The notes under the pieces were generated by a model. It had not been told where the DNA came from and searched no databases. It worked only from the letters and a program-made list of their open reading frames with translations. DNA of 64,000 bases from Chrysomallon squamiferum. Taxonomy: Eukaryota; Animalia; Mollusca. The stretch spans positions 868,001-932,000 of the forward strand of contig CM022679.1 in NCBI GenBank assembly GCA_012295275.1, read 5' to 3'. Each line of letters begins with the position of its first letter. Position 1 is the first letter of the stretch. This document shows, in pieces, positions 63,890 through 64,000 of the stretch. Both the position numbers and the translations under genes were made by a program.

Positions 63890-64000
63890 CTTACCCACCT
63901 CACCTTTACCAAATCTATCTTTCAAATACACACACATACATCTTTTCACAAATTTACATACATAAAAACAGACACCTTATTACCTTCAACATAGATACAA

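Overview
AT-rich, intron-dense animal genomic DNA; the repeat style and gene structure suggest an invertebrate, possibly a mollusc (inference only). I spliced seven protein-coding genes by hand with phase-consistent junctions. They are: the 3' part of an ABCA transporter (+, 27 exons, ending 18659); TYW3 (-) head-to-head with ZDHHC6 (+); an 11-exon HAP40/F8A1 (+); MBOAT7 (-, GC-AG first intron) head-to-head with a DESI1-like PPPDE peptidase with a long helical, PUL-like C-terminus (+); and the 3' part of a Rab26/Rab37 GTPase (-). Two patterns stand out. First, at least six minisatellite arrays use an exon-intron junction as their repeat unit, producing 7 to about 37 tandem splice-site copies, with the working site always at the exon-side end. 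Second, the Rab gene has two intact, tandem 67-nt switch-II exons that must be mutually exclusive. Smaller oddities are a GHNGAAKT Walker A in ABCA NBD1, an AG|GTAAGT recursive-type site at the last ZDHHC6 exon, and an AGAGTTAT..CCTT motif at all three promoter regions. No RNA genes, CRISPR arrays or autonomous transposons were recognised. Most long ORFs in the ORF track are repeat artefacts.
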